NCBI GenBank assembly: GCA_035461245.1
Contig: DATHVP010000025.1
Span: 79,714 to 143,713 of the forward strand
Reading direction: 5' to 3'
Length of the DNA: 64,000 nucleotides
DNA from: Longimicrobiales bacterium
GTDB taxonomy: Bacteria; Gemmatimonadota; Gemmatimonadetes; Longimicrobiales; RSA9
Under the pieces are notes generated by a model that was given only the letters and a program-made list of their open reading frames with translations, was not told the origin of the DNA and made no database searches. The position numbers and the translations under genes were made by a program. Positions 42,716 to 52,780 of this stretch are shown here, piece by piece (the stretch's first letter is position 1; every line of letters starts with the position of its first letter).

Positions 42716-44875
42716 ATGAAGACACTGACCATGGCGATGCTCGTCGCATTGCAGCAGCCGGTGGCTGCCCAGCAGCCCCGCGACAGCATTTACGAGACTG
42801 CCGCGCTGGCGGCGATTGTGGACCGGGCCGCTGAGCTGAACGCTCGCGTACCCGCGGGCCTGAATTCCTACCGTGCCCGGGTAGAGACGGAACTGTCGTT
42901 CGTGCGGGCGGAGCCGGACGGGCGGGAGACGGTGCTGCAACTGGAGCAGGTGGCCAGCGATCTGTTCTGGCGGCAGGACGGCGGCGTGCTCCAGCGGCTC
43001 ATCGGCTACCGGTCGCAGACGCTGGGCGCGTCGTTCTCGGGGCTGACCTTCTTCGACGTGCCGTGGCTGGTGCCCATCCTGTATGGGGAACGCATCGACC
43101 TGGTCCGCACGGGGGGGCCCGCGTACGAGGGCGGCATGCTGCTGCGACGGCGGGCGCTACACCCGTTCGCGCCCACGCGGGAGGAAGTGTACCGCTACGC
43201 CGGCGGCGACACCGTGGACATCATCGTGCTGCCGGACCGGCGCATCCCCATCATCCGGATCCATGTCGAACCCCGGTCTCAGCCGCGGCTGCCGACGCTG
43301 CTGTTCCATGGCGACATAGACATTGACGTCACGCGCATGCACATCGTGCGCATGCAGGGGCGACTGGTCCCGTCGGGTCGCGGCCGGACGGCGCTGGACC
43401 TCGTCGCGCAGGGCGTGCTGTTCGTGAGCTTCGAGACAGCCGAGTACGACGAAGGCTACTGGCTGCCGCGAACGCAGCGCTTCGAGTCCCAGGCCATCTC
43501 GCGGCTGGGCGAGGAGCGGATCCTGTTCCGGGCCATCTCGCGGTTCGTGGACATCCATACCAATGACCCGGAGGCTGCGCGGCTGGCGGCGGACCCGGTG
43601 GATCATCCTTTCGGGCTCATGGTTGGCGGCGATGACCTGGGCGCCCTGGGCCGGTTCGGCGAATGGCGCACGGGCATGGGCGACCTGAACGCGGAAGTGG
43701 ACGCCCGGGACTTCGACCAGTGGGCGCCGCCGGGCATCCGGCGCACGGGCGAGCCCCGCGTGTATCTGGGCGCCCGCCGCTTCTCGCAGATCTTCCGTAT
43801 AAACACGGCCGAGGGCGCGTTCACGGGTGCCGGCATCGGCTTCGACGCCGGCGATGCGTGGCCCGGCTTCGGCGCCCGCGTCCACGGCGGCTGGGCCTGG
43901 GCCGAGGAGACCTGGCGCGGCGGTGCCGAACTGTCCCAGCGCATCGGCAACTGGGAGGGCATTGCCCGCGGCGAGCGCCTCCTGGCCCATACCAACGACT
44001 TCACCTGGGCCATGGACCCCGAGCCGTCGGTGCCGCCCATGCTGTCAGGCGACCTGTACGACTACCTGGACCGCCGCGTGGGTGGGCTGGTGGTCCGGAC
44101 CGCCGCGGCCGACCGCGTCGGCTTCCGCTTCGAGGCCGCCCGGGCCCAGGACAGGAACGTGGGGCGCAACGTAATGGACTTCCCCGCGCTGGATGACGAC
44201 GGCGCCTGGATCCCGCCGGAGACTCACACGGGCGACCTGCGCCTCAACCGTCCCGTGGCGGAAGGCGAGTACTGGCTGGGCCGCGCGGAGTTGCGCCTGA
44301 ACCCGTCCGCCGGCGGCATCTCGCTGGATCCGGGGCTGGCCGTGCGCCTGGCCTGGGAGGGCGCCAGCGGTGACCTGGACTGGCACCGGCTGGAGGCCGG
44401 CTTCGCCCAGCGTCGCATGCTGGGCCGCTGGACGCTGGGCCTCCGTGGCGATGCCGGCATCATGCTCACGCCCGGCGACGCCGAGCCCGTGCCCCAGGCC
44501 CTGTTCGAACTGGGGACGTCCGCGGACCTGCCGGGCTTCGCGTACAAGGAGTTCGTCGGAGACCGTGCCGCCCTGGGCCGCGGCACCATCATGTACACGC
44601 TGCCCATCTTCAACGCGCCCATCCGCCTCGGCTCGTTCTGGCTGCCGGCACCCGCGCCATCGCCGTCGGTCGGGCTCCAGGTCGGCTGGACGGACGCGGC
44701 CGCGGAGACGCAGCAGCTCATGGACCGTTTCGGCTGGGGCACCTCCGACGGCGCCCGCGCCGCCGTGGACCTGCGCCTCCGCTTCTTCGGCGGCAGCGTC
44801 AACATCGGCGCCGCCCGGCCGCTGGACAGCGATGGCCGGTGGCGCTTCGTCTGGGGACTCGTAGGTGGACTCTGA
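42716..44875 (+). CDS. Omp85-superfamily-like outer-membrane protein (paralogue of 14671-16953); start uncertain (42647, 42665 or 42716)
   Basis: MKTLTMAMLVALQQPVAAQQP aligns with the paralogue's signal peptide end (PAAAQRP). Shared blocks: L.SY.A, YRY..GDT, WLPR. C-terminal ELGTSADLPGFAYKEFVGDRAAL resembles the LGG..LRGY surface-antigen motif. Confidence 0.65.
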   Translation: MKTLTMAMLVALQQPVAAQQPRDSIYETAALAAIVDRAAELNARVPAGLNSYRARVETELSFVRAEPDGRETVLQLEQVASDLFWRQDGGVLQRLIGYRSQTLGASFSGLTFFDVPWLVPILYGERIDLVRTGGPAYEGGMLLRRRALHPFAPTREEVYRYAGGDTVDIIVLPDRRIPIIRIHVEPRSQPRLPTLLFHGDIDIDVTRMHIVRMQGRLVPSGRGRTALDLVAQGVLFVSFETAEYDEGYWLPRTQRFESQAISRLGEERILFRAISRFVDIHTNDPEAARLAADPVDHPFGLMVGGDDLGALGRFGEWRTGMGDLNAEVDARDFDQWAPPGIRRTGEPRVYLGARRFSQIFRINTAEGAFTGAGIGFDAGDAWPGFGARVHGGWAWAEETWRGGAELSQRIGNWEGIARGERLLAHTNDFTWAMDPEPSVPPMLSGDLYDYLDRRVGGLVVRTAAADRVGFRFEAARAQDRNVGRNVMDFPALDDDGAWIPPETHTGDLRLNRPVAEGEYWLGRAELRLNPSAGGISLDPGLAVRLAWEGASGDLDWHRLEAGFAQRRMLGRWTLGLRGDAGIMLTPGDAEPVPQALFELGTSADLPGFAYKEFVGDRAALGRGTIMYTLPIFNAPIRLGSFWLPAPAPSPSVGLQVGWTDAAAETQQLMDRFGWGTSDGARAAVDLRLRFFGGSVNIGAARPLDSDGRWRFVWGLVGGL

Positions 44876-44909
44876 GCGCGCGATGCGCGCACACACGAAA
44901 GGAACTGAC

Positions 44910-45083
44910 ATGACGACGTCAATGACCCGTTACTTCCAGCTTTCGCTCCTCTTCCTCGCCTCGACCTCCATGGCCGGGTGCGAGGCCATTGCCGGCATCT
45001 TCCGCGCCGGCTTCTGGGTCGGCGCCATTGGCGTCATCATCGTCCTGGGACTGCTTTTCTTCCTGTTCGGCCGCGGCCGCTGA
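44910..45083 (+). CDS. Small lipoprotein/membrane protein (57 aa)
   Basis: GAAAGGAA before ATG 44910. Lipobox LASTSMAGC, followed by one TM helix (FWVGAIGVIIVLGLLFFLF) and GRGR. Confidence 0.5.
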   Translation: MTTSMTRYFQLSLLFLASTSMAGCEAIAGIFRAGFWVGAIGVIIVLGLLFFLFGRGR

Positions 45084-45109
45084 GGAGTGGAAGGGAGCCG
45101 CCGGGCAGG

Positions 45110-45134
45110 GGCCGCGGGCAGTCCGCCCGCGGCC
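45110..45134. terminator. Perfect 10-bp GC hairpin between convergent genes
   Basis: GGCCGCGGGC (45110-45119) pairs with GCCCGCGGCC (45125-45134), with a 5-nt loop. Sits between the stop at 45083 (+) and the stop at 45152 (-). Confidence 0.6.
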
Positions 45135-45151
45135 CTTCCGGCATGGCAGTT

Positions 45152-47956
45152 CTATCGCGCCTGCAGCCACACATCCTCGAGCACCCGCACCATCTGCGAG
45201 TACTGGCTGCCACCTATCTCCAGCGCAACGCGGTACGTGCCCGGCTGCGCCAGCGGACCCTGCTGCGTCTGCCCGCCAGGTCCCTGCCGCGAGTTCCCCC
45301 GCAGGTTCCACTGCACACGATGCAGGCCGGCCGTACCCGGGCCCGACAACTCACGGAATACCTCTCCCGACACCAGGTCCGTGATAACGATGCGTACATC
45401 GCCACCTGCCGGCTGGCGCAGGTGGTAGCTGATGGCGGTGCCCGCGGGCGCTGACTGGCCAGTCCAGTTCTTCGCACCCGTCACGGACCGGGAACTACGC
45501 CTGTCGGTCTTCCACAGCACCGCCTCCCGGGGCGCGAACAGGTGAGCCGCCGCCGCCATCACGTCCGGGGTCAGCTGCTGCAGTGGCGAGATGTCGTCCA
45601 TCACGGCCACGCCCCGGCCATGGGTGGCCAGCACCAGGTCGTTCTCCCGGGGGTGAACCAGTACGTCATCAACGCGCACCGTAGCCAGGTTGTTCATGAA
45701 CCGCTTCCAGCTGCGGCCCTCGTCCACACTGATGAAGAAGCCGAATTCCGTGCCGGCATAGAGCAGGCCCGGATTCTTCGGGTCCTGCCGCACAGTGTTG
45801 ACGTTGCCGAACTGCGGCAGGTCCGATGCGATGCTCTGCCACGTCCGGCCGTAGTCGCGCGTCACATAGACGTACGGCCGGTAGTCGGCGCTCCGGCGGC
45901 CGTCCACGGACGCGTATGCCGTGGCCGGGTCGTGATGCGAGGCCTCCACCCGGGAGACGTAGTACTCCTTCGTGCCGCCGGGAACGTTCTGGCCGACTTC
46001 GGTCCACGTGGCGCCGCCGTCCCTGCTCACCTGGATGTTGCCGTCATCAGTGCCCACCCAGAGGATGCCGGGAACGATGGGCGACTCGGCGACGCTCACG
46101 ATGGTGCCGTAGGCGCTGATACCGTCATTGCGGGACAGGATGCATGGCACACCCCGCGTGTTCCTGTTGCACGTCGGCGTGTTCAGCCGCACACCCATGA
46201 TGCTGCGGCCCATGCGATCGATCTGCTTCGTCAGGTCTGGGCTCATGACCCATGTCTCGCCGCGATCGTACGACTTGAACAGCCGGTTGCCACCGGCATA
46301 CACCACGCTCGGGTTGTGAGGCGACAGCATGAATGGCGTGTTCCAGTTCCATCGGATCTGCGTACCCGCCGGCGGCGCGGGGACGATGTTCGTAGTCGGG
46401 TTCTGGTTCGTCGGCGCGCGGGGGCGGATGCTGCCGCCGCTGCCGTCCCGCAGGCTCACCCGATTGATGTTCCCGTTCTGTGACTCCCAGTAGATGATGT
46501 TCGGGTCCGTCGGGTCAATGGCCGTGTAGAAGCCGTCACCGCCGCCCACCCGGAACCAGTCCTGTGCGAGGATCGGCCCCGTCCGCATGCCGCTGGGGCC
46601 GCACCAGCTGCCATTGTCCTGCAGCCCGGTGCACACGTTGTAGGGTCGCTGCATGTCCACAGAGGCATGATACGGCTGGCCCACGGACCAGGTGCGCAGG
46701 GACTCCCAGGTCGCCGCCTGGTCATGGCTGACATCCACGGAGCCGTCATTGCCGAGCATGACGTGGTTGCCATCCTTCGGGTTGATCCAGATGGCGTGGT
46801 GGTCCACGTGGCCGAAGCCGCTCAGCGTCTGCCAGGTCCTGCCACCGTCCACGGACTTGTACGCCTGCACGCCACCCGTGTAGACAATATCCGGGTTCGT
46901 CGGGTCTACCCGGAGAATGCTGAAGTACATGGGACGCACATTGTTGTTCGACATGAACGTCCACGTGCGACCCTTGTCGCTGGAGCGCCACACCCCGGAG
47001 AACTGCGGATCCGGCGCCTGCTGGCCACCCTGCTGCGATGAGTTCTGCGCCGCCGCAACCCGTGGCTCGCGGTCCGGTGCCACCTCGATCTGTGCGTATA
47101 TCACGTCCGGGTTCGACCGGGCAAAATCCATGGCAATCCGTCCCATTGTGCCATTGGGCAGGCCGTTGCCCTGGACCCGCTGCCAGGTCTCGCCGCCGTC
47201 GTCCGAACGGAAGATGCCGCTGCCCGGACCGCCCGAGGCAAACCCCCATGCCGTCCGCTGGCGCTGGTACAACGCCGCGAACAACGTGTTCGGGTTCGAC
47301 GGGTCGATGATCAGCTCCGTCGCGCCCGCATGCTCGTTCTCGTACAGCACACGGCGCCAGTTGCGGCCACCATCCGTGCTCTTGTAGACACCGCGCTCCG
47401 GATTCCCGCCGAACAGTGCGCCCGCCGCCGCCACCCAGACCACGTCCGGATCCGTCGGGTGCACGACGATGCGCGCGATGGTGAGCGTCTCCCGCAGGCC
47501 CACGTGACTGAATGTCCGGCCGCCGTCAGATGACCGGTACACTCCGTCGCCATACGTCGAACTCTGACGGTTGTTCGCCTCGCCTGTGCCCACATACACC
47601 ACGTCCGGGTTCGACCGGGAGACCGCCACGGCTCCCACGGACGACGTGCCGTAGGCGCCGAACACGTCCTCGAACGTGATCCCGTTGTTCTCCGTGCGGA
47701 ACAGGCCGCCTCCGGCGAACGCCACGTAGAACCTGCGCGGGTCCGACTCCACCACCGCAATGTCATTGACCCGGCCACCCTGGCCGATGGGACCGATCTC
47801 CCGCCACCGGAACTGTGTCAGCAGCGGGTCGTCCGCCTGGTTCAGTACCGGCCGCCGCGCCTGCGCCTCCACCGGTACCGGCCCCATACCCGCTGCCAGC
47901 ACCACCATCAGCGTGGCCAGCCGCAGTACGCCCCGCCAGCGCCATCCGCTCGTCAT
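45152..47956 (-). CDS. BNR/Asp-box repeat protein, sortilin-VPS10/glycosyl-hydrolase-like double beta-propeller
   Basis: About ten Asp-box motifs (SSDGGRTF, STDGGRNW, SDDGGETW, SSDKGRTW, SVDGGRTW, SYDRGETW, SRDGGATW, TRDYGRTW, SVDEGRSW). Signal peptide present. AGGAGAG SD before ATG 47956. Confidence 0.85.
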   Translation of the reverse strand: MTSGWRWRGVLRLATLMVVLAAGMGPVPVEAQARRPVLNQADDPLLTQFRWREIGPIGQGGRVNDIAVVESDPRRFYVAFAGGGLFRTENNGITFEDVFGAYGTSSVGAVAVSRSNPDVVYVGTGEANNRQSSTYGDGVYRSSDGGRTFSHVGLRETLTIARIVVHPTDPDVVWVAAAGALFGGNPERGVYKSTDGGRNWRRVLYENEHAGATELIIDPSNPNTLFAALYQRQRTAWGFASGGPGSGIFRSDDGGETWQRVQGNGLPNGTMGRIAMDFARSNPDVIYAQIEVAPDREPRVAAAQNSSQQGGQQAPDPQFSGVWRSSDKGRTWTFMSNNNVRPMYFSILRVDPTNPDIVYTGGVQAYKSVDGGRTWQTLSGFGHVDHHAIWINPKDGNHVMLGNDGSVDVSHDQAATWESLRTWSVGQPYHASVDMQRPYNVCTGLQDNGSWCGPSGMRTGPILAQDWFRVGGGDGFYTAIDPTDPNIIYWESQNGNINRVSLRDGSGGSIRPRAPTNQNPTTNIVPAPPAGTQIRWNWNTPFMLSPHNPSVVYAGGNRLFKSYDRGETWVMSPDLTKQIDRMGRSIMGVRLNTPTCNRNTRGVPCILSRNDGISAYGTIVSVAESPIVPGILWVGTDDGNIQVSRDGGATWTEVGQNVPGGTKEYYVSRVEASHHDPATAYASVDGRRSADYRPYVYVTRDYGRTWQSIASDLPQFGNVNTVRQDPKNPGLLYAGTEFGFFISVDEGRSWKRFMNNLATVRVDDVLVHPRENDLVLATHGRGVAVMDDISPLQQLTPDVMAAAAHLFAPREAVLWKTDRRSSRSVTGAKNWTGQSAPAGTAISYHLRQPAGGDVRIVITDLVSGEVFRELSGPGTAGLHRVQWNLRGNSRQGPGGQTQQGPLAQPGTYRVALEIGGSQYSQMVRVLEDVWLQAR

Positions 47957-48161
47957 AACACTCTCCTGTAATAAGAAGGCCCGCGCCTACGCGCAGATTT
48001 GCATGCAGAATTGTACCTTTGCCGCGGGACAGCGACGAGTCAAGAGTCTTGTTCTGGGGGCGCGTGCTGCCCGCCGCGGCCACGCACCGGGCGATAGCTG
48101 GGAAAGGTCTGTCAGCAGGCAGGTTACGGGGATGGAGGACTCTGCGGCAGGGGCAGGCGAT

Positions 48162-49178
48162 TCACCGCCCGCCCTCCGTATCGACCATGCCGCCCACGCG
48201 TTGCGCCTCCTCGTCAGTGAGGGCGCGCCACATGCCGGGTCGCACGTCCCCCAGTTCGAGGGAGCCGATGGCTACCCGCCGCAGGGTGACGATGTCGATC
48301 CCCACGGCGTCCAGGACTCGCCGGATCTGGCGGTTTTTACCCTCGTCAATGACGATCTCGAGCCATTTCCCGGGCCGCTTCAGCGGCTGGACCGACTGGA
48401 ACCCCAGGGTTTCGCCGCGTCCCGCGTCCACACCGGCGAGCATGCGGGTAACCTCGTCCTCCGTTGGCATCCGGGAGACCTCGACATGGTACGTCTTGGA
48501 CAGGTGCGTGCTCGGATCGGTGATCCGGTCACCCCACCGGGTGTCATTGCTGAAGAGGAGCAGGCCCTCGCTGTCCAGGTCGAGACGACCCACGGCGACG
48601 AGACGCGGCACGTCGTCCGGCAGCAGTTCGAAGACGGTGGAACGACCGTGTTCGTCGGACGTGGTGGTCACCCAGCCCCGGGGCTTGTTGAGCATGAGGT
48701 AGACTGACGACGCTGCCCGCACCGTCTGGCCGTCCACGACGATGTGGGCGCGCCGCACGTCCACGCGCCGGTCCGGGTCCCGCACCACCTCCCCATTGAC
48801 ACTGACACGGCCGCCCTCGATGAGGGGCCGGGCCTGCGCCCGGGAACACCAGCCGAGCTTTGACAGGGCGCGGGCCAGGCTGACGGCATTCGCGCCCCCG
48901 CCGGCATCGGATCCGGTGCCGCGCCCCCCAGTCCCGCGGCGATCGCCTGTCCCCCCGCGGCCACCTGCCACGCCCTTGCGGCTGGTGCCGCCTGTCCCGC
49001 CCTTGCTGCCTGGGCCGCCACGGCCGCCTGTGCCGCCCTTACTGCCCGGGCCGCCACGGCCGCCTGGGCCGCCACGGCCACCTGTACCGCCACCGCCGCC
49101 CTTACTGCCCGGGCCGCCACGGCCGCCTGTACCACCCTGGCGGCCTGTCCTGTCACCGCCGCCGGATTTTTTCTGCAT
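48162..49178 (-). CDS. Pseudouridine synthase (RsuA/RluB family) with S4 domain and Arg/Gly-rich N-terminal extension
   Basis: S4-like [29 protein letters not shown]. Catalytic [19 protein letters not shown]. About 95 N-terminal residues are [11 protein letters not shown]-type repeats. Confidence 0.85.
   Translation of the reverse strand: MQKKSGGGDRTGRQGGTGGRGGPGSKGGGGGTGGRGGPGGRGGPGSKGGTGGRGGPGSKGGTGGTSRKGVAGGRGGTGDRRGTGGRGTGSDAGGGANAVSLARALSKLGWCSRAQARPLIEGGRVSVNGEVVRDPDRRVDVRRAHIVVDGQTVRAASSVYLMLNKPRGWVTTTSDEHGRSTVFELLPDDVPRLVAVGRLDLDSEGLLLFSNDTRWGDRITDPSTHLSKTYHVEVSRMPTEDEVTRMLAGVDAGRGETLGFQSVQPLKRPGKWLEIVIDEGKNRQIRRVLDAVGIDIVTLRRVAIGSLELGDVRPGMWRALTDEEAQRVGGMVDTEGGR
48894..49163 (-). 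repeat. GC-rich imperfect tandem repeats encoding the [11 protein letters not shown] low-complexity N-terminus
   Basis: Recurrent ggccgccacggccgcctg(t/g)(g/a)ccgcc...cttactgcccgg blocks on the plus strand. Confidence 0.75.
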
Positions 49179-49189
49179 GACTGTCCCCG

Positions 49190-50611
49190 TCAGTGAGCTG
49201 CGCCCAGCGTGTAATCCAGCGACGTCGTCGAGCCCGGCCCCACGCCGTAGTCCCGCTGCACCTGCTGGATGCTGGCGATGAGCAGCGCCTCGGCGAGGAA
49301 CGGATTATGGACCTCGGTGCCGCGGAACACCGCGAGCTGCGCATTGAAGCGGGCGCCCTCGGCGGTGGTGTAGACGCCGTCGTTGGGATCGAACTCGGCA
49401 GCAGGCACCAGTGCCAGCTGCGCGTTCAAGGTAGCAGCAAGCGACAGGAGGCGCTGCCGGGCGAGCTGCTGGGCATTGCGCGCCGTGGCCTGGGACGCGT
49501 GGCAGCCGGCGGCGGTGCACGTCTGGAACGAGCGCTGGGCGACGTCGCAATCACGCTCACCGGTAGGAGTGCCACCGGCGTCCGTACACGGCGTCGCCTG
49601 GAACGAATGGCCGGTGGTGATGATGGGCTCGCCGGTCACGGCGTCCTGCGCCGTGTAGTCATTGACGTGGCAGCCGGCGCACAGCCGCGGGTTGGCCACG
49701 GAGCCGTGGGTGGTGGCAATACGCTCACCCGGTTCCAGTGGCATGTTCGGCGGCCACCAGCCGGCATCGCCCAGCAGCAGCGGGCCTTCCGGCGCATGCG
49801 GGCCCCGGAACGTGGTGGGGTCCGGCTGCCCGCGCTTCTGGTGGCAGCGCATGCACAGGTTTTCCTGCTCGCTGGGCACATTTATGGAGTATCTCAGCTG
49901 CCCATCGAACGCATTCTCGTGAGGGTCGTGACACACGGCACAGGTGATGGCGATGTGCTGGGTGGACCCGCGCTCCAGGTAATTCGCCCGGATGCCCATC
50001 TGCTCGAGCGCCGCCTTGCCCTCGTGGCAGCTGCGGCATTCGGGGTTGTTCGCCGGCGCGGCCAGCACGCGGCCGTGGCGGGAGTCCTGCCACTCGTCCA
50101 CGAAGGGGTGGTGGAAACCGCTGTGGCATTCCGCGCACGTGCCGTTCATGCCCACGCCTGCGTTGATGGATGCGTGGGGGATGTTGCCGGCGGCGTCCGG
50201 GTTGCGCACATGGTGCAGCCCCGGTCCGTGGCATGCCTCGCACTGCACGTCGTGGAAGCGGTCCTCGGCCAGGGCCTGGAATCCGACGCCCGGCTCGGCC
50301 ACGCGGTTGCCCAGGTGCGTCACCGTGTGGCACGCCTCGCAGAGCTGCTGCGCTGCGCCCGACTGCTGCAGCGTGAGCCAGGCGCCGGCGTGTGCCGTCT
50401 CCTGCCAGCGTCGCTGCTGCCCGACGTGACACGCACCGCACACCGTCAGGTTCGTCGCCGGGTTCGCGTAGCCCAGGTACCCACCCGCTGCCGCCCCCAC
50501 CCCGCCGATGAGGTCCCGGTCCGGGAAAACCACGGTCTCATCCCGGCAGCCTGCCACGCTCAGTGCCAGCAGCAGGACAGGTAACAGGAGGCGGTTGCCG
50601 TGTTGTAGCAT
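49190..50611 (-). CDS. Multihaem c-type cytochrome lipoprotein (8 CXXCH + 1 CX4CH)
   Basis: Lipobox [10 protein letters not shown]. Haem motifs CGACH, CEACH, CEACH, CAECH, CRSCH, CAVCH, CMRCH and CAGCH, plus CTAAGCH. GGAG SD before ATG 50611. Confidence 0.85.
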   Translation of the reverse strand: MLQHGNRLLLPVLLLALSVAGCRDETVVFPDRDLIGGVGAAAGGYLGYANPATNLTVCGACHVGQQRRWQETAHAGAWLTLQQSGAAQQLCEACHTVTHLGNRVAEPGVGFQALAEDRFHDVQCEACHGPGLHHVRNPDAAGNIPHASINAGVGMNGTCAECHSGFHHPFVDEWQDSRHGRVLAAPANNPECRSCHEGKAALEQMGIRANYLERGSTQHIAITCAVCHDPHENAFDGQLRYSINVPSEQENLCMRCHQKRGQPDPTTFRGPHAPEGPLLLGDAGWWPPNMPLEPGERIATTHGSVANPRLCAGCHVNDYTAQDAVTGEPIITTGHSFQATPCTDAGGTPTGERDCDVAQRSFQTCTAAGCHASQATARNAQQLARQRLLSLAATLNAQLALVPAAEFDPNDGVYTTAEGARFNAQLAVFRGTEVHNPFLAEALLIASIQQVQRDYGVGPGSTTSLDYTLGAAH

Positions 50612-50773
50612 TGCGAACTCCGGTCTGGTAGACGAGCGGCGGCACTACGCGAACTGCCGCCTGCATCGACGGGTGTGCGCTGCCGACTGGGGGCCGGCAG
50701 TGTTAGCCATGACCGGGCAGGATGCAAGAGCCCGGCCGATTGCCGACGGTCCGCCGCCGCGGCATTATCCGCC

Positions 50774-52366
50774 ATGGTCGCAACGATCCTCGGCGGCATC
50801 GGCCTGTTCCTGCTGGGCATGGTGCTCCTCACGGACGGGCTCAGGAGCGCTGCCGGTGGCGCGCTGCGCACCGTGCTGGGCCGCTTCACCGGCGGCACGG
50901 TCCGGGCCATCCTATCGGGAGCCGGAGTCACGGCCCTCGTGCAATCCTCCAGTGCCACCGTCCTTACCACCATCGGCTTCGTCAGTGCCGGCCTGCTCAC
51001 GCTGCGCCAGGCCGTGGGCGTCATCTTCGGCGCCAGCGTCGGTACCACCAGCACCGGCTGGATCGTGGCCCTGCTGGGGCTGAAGCTCAGCATCGGCGCC
51101 CTGGCCCTGCCCCTGGTGGGCATCGGCGCCCTCATGCGCCTGCTCACCAGGGACCGGATGGCCGCCACCGGCCTGGCCATCGCAGGCTTCGGCCTCATCT
51201 TCGTGGGCATTGACGTGCTGCAGCAGGGCATGACGACCCTGTCGGAGCGGTTCGACCCGGCGTCACTGCCCGCCGTGACGTTCGCCGGACGCCTGCTTCT
51301 GGTGGCCATTGGCGTCGCGACTACGGTAGTCATGCAGTCGTCGAGTGCCGCAGTCGCCGCTACGCTGACAGCCCTGCACACCGGCACCATCACGCTGGAA
51401 CAGGGCGCCGCACTGGTCATCGGCCAGAGCATCGGCACCACGGTCACGGCCGCCCTGGCGTCCATCGGCGCCTCCGTGCCCGCCCGCCGGACCGCTCTGG
51501 CGCACATCCTGTTCAACGCTACGGCCGGCGCAGTGGCGTTCCTCCTCGTGCCGGTGGCGCTGCAGCTGGAAACGACGCTGGCCGCGCGCCTGGATGTCAC
51601 GGAGCCCGCTCTGCTCATCGCCGCCTTCCACACCAGCTTCAACCTTCTTGGCCTGCTGCTGCTGGCGCCGTTCATTGACCCGTTCACGCGCCTCATCACC
51701 CGCATGGTGCCCGACGCCGGTCCCGCCCTCACCCGCAACCTGGACCCGTCCGTGGCGGAACTGCCGCCCGTCGCCGTGGAGGCCGCCCGTCGCGTCGTCC
51801 TGGAAACCGCGGACGTGGTGCTGGGCGTGCTTGCCGACGCCCTCCGCCAGCCGCGCCGGGACCGCCTGACCACAGCCACACTCGACGACGCCTCCAACGC
51901 ACTACACCAGACGCGACGGTTCCTCGCCACCGTGCGCGCCTCCGAGGACGCCGCCGAGCACGCGCGACGCCTGTCCCTGCATCACGCCATGGACCACCTC
52001 GACCGTCTCGTGGAGCGCATCCGCCACCACACGCCTGCAGACCCACCCCATGACCCCGCATTCGACCAGCTCCGCGCCGGAGCCCTCGCCATCATGCCCG
52101 GCGTCCGGGCCTGGCTTCGCAGTGAGAGCGGCGCCGCCGCCCCCAACGGCGAATGGCAGCGGTTCAGCGAGGAAGTCGCCGAACGGCGTCGCACGGATCG
52201 GGACAGGACCCTGGCCCGCACCGCCGCCGGCGAGATGGATCCCGACCTGGCAGATCGCCGCCTGGCCGCCATGCGCTGGCTGGACTCCTCCGCGTACCAT
52301 GTCTGGCGCACCGTCCACCACCTGGCCGTGCCCGACCCGCTGGCCAGCGCCACAGCGCCGCTCTGA
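50774..52366 (+). CDS. Na+/phosphate symporter family protein with PhoU-like C-terminal domain
   Basis: ILGGIGLFLLGMVLLTDGLR...GAGVTALVQSSSATVLTTIGF, with a second repeat VVMQSSSAAVAATLTAL (Na_Pi_cotrans duplication). C-terminal helical region. Confidence 0.85.
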   Translation: MVATILGGIGLFLLGMVLLTDGLRSAAGGALRTVLGRFTGGTVRAILSGAGVTALVQSSSATVLTTIGFVSAGLLTLRQAVGVIFGASVGTTSTGWIVALLGLKLSIGALALPLVGIGALMRLLTRDRMAATGLAIAGFGLIFVGIDVLQQGMTTLSERFDPASLPAVTFAGRLLLVAIGVATTVVMQSSSAAVAATLTALHTGTITLEQGAALVIGQSIGTTVTAALASIGASVPARRTALAHILFNATAGAVAFLLVPVALQLETTLAARLDVTEPALLIAAFHTSFNLLGLLLLAPFIDPFTRLITRMVPDAGPALTRNLDPSVAELPPVAVEAARRVVLETADVVLGVLADALRQPRRDRLTTATLDDASNALHQTRRFLATVRASEDAAEHARRLSLHHAMDHLDRLVERIRHHTPADPPHDPAFDQLRAGALAIMPGVRAWLRSESGAAAPNGEWQRFSEEVAERRRTDRDRTLARTAAGEMDPDLADRRLAAMRWLDSSAYHVWRTVHHLAVPDPLASATAPL

Positions 52367-52780
52367 CGCACGGCATAGCGGACCAGCGCCCCCATAGCGG
52401 ACCAGCGCCCGGTTGTTGGATATGACGCCGCTGGACATGGAAACGCCCCGACAACCGGTGCAGCTTGATGCCAGCCGCGACCCGAGCCAGGCTAAACCTG
52501 CGCTTGAATGGCGGAACTGCCTATCCTGCCCCACGCCACGGACGTGAACCGCTGTGGACAACCCATGGCCTATCGGGTCGTACCCGACATCCGGGACCTG
52601 GTCCGCGCATGAAGCGCTGTCAGGAAATCGCCGTTTCGCGCGTCCTTGGGCAGGGGAGTCGGGATGGGCCTGATGCTTGCACCGGCGCCCTTGCTCCGTC
52701 GCACGATGCGGCGGAAGATACGGTGTGTCTGCCGGCAACAGTGCCGGCGGCCACCCCACAAGTCAGCAAGGATAGTGAGT

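Noticed and set aside
48001-48024. Minus-strand GGTACAATTCTGCAT upstream of the BNR gene, resembling a sigma-54 -24/-12 promoter.
   Set aside because: The GG-to-GC spacing is 9 nt rather than the strictly required 10 nt, and the -24 box lacks the conserved GGCAC.
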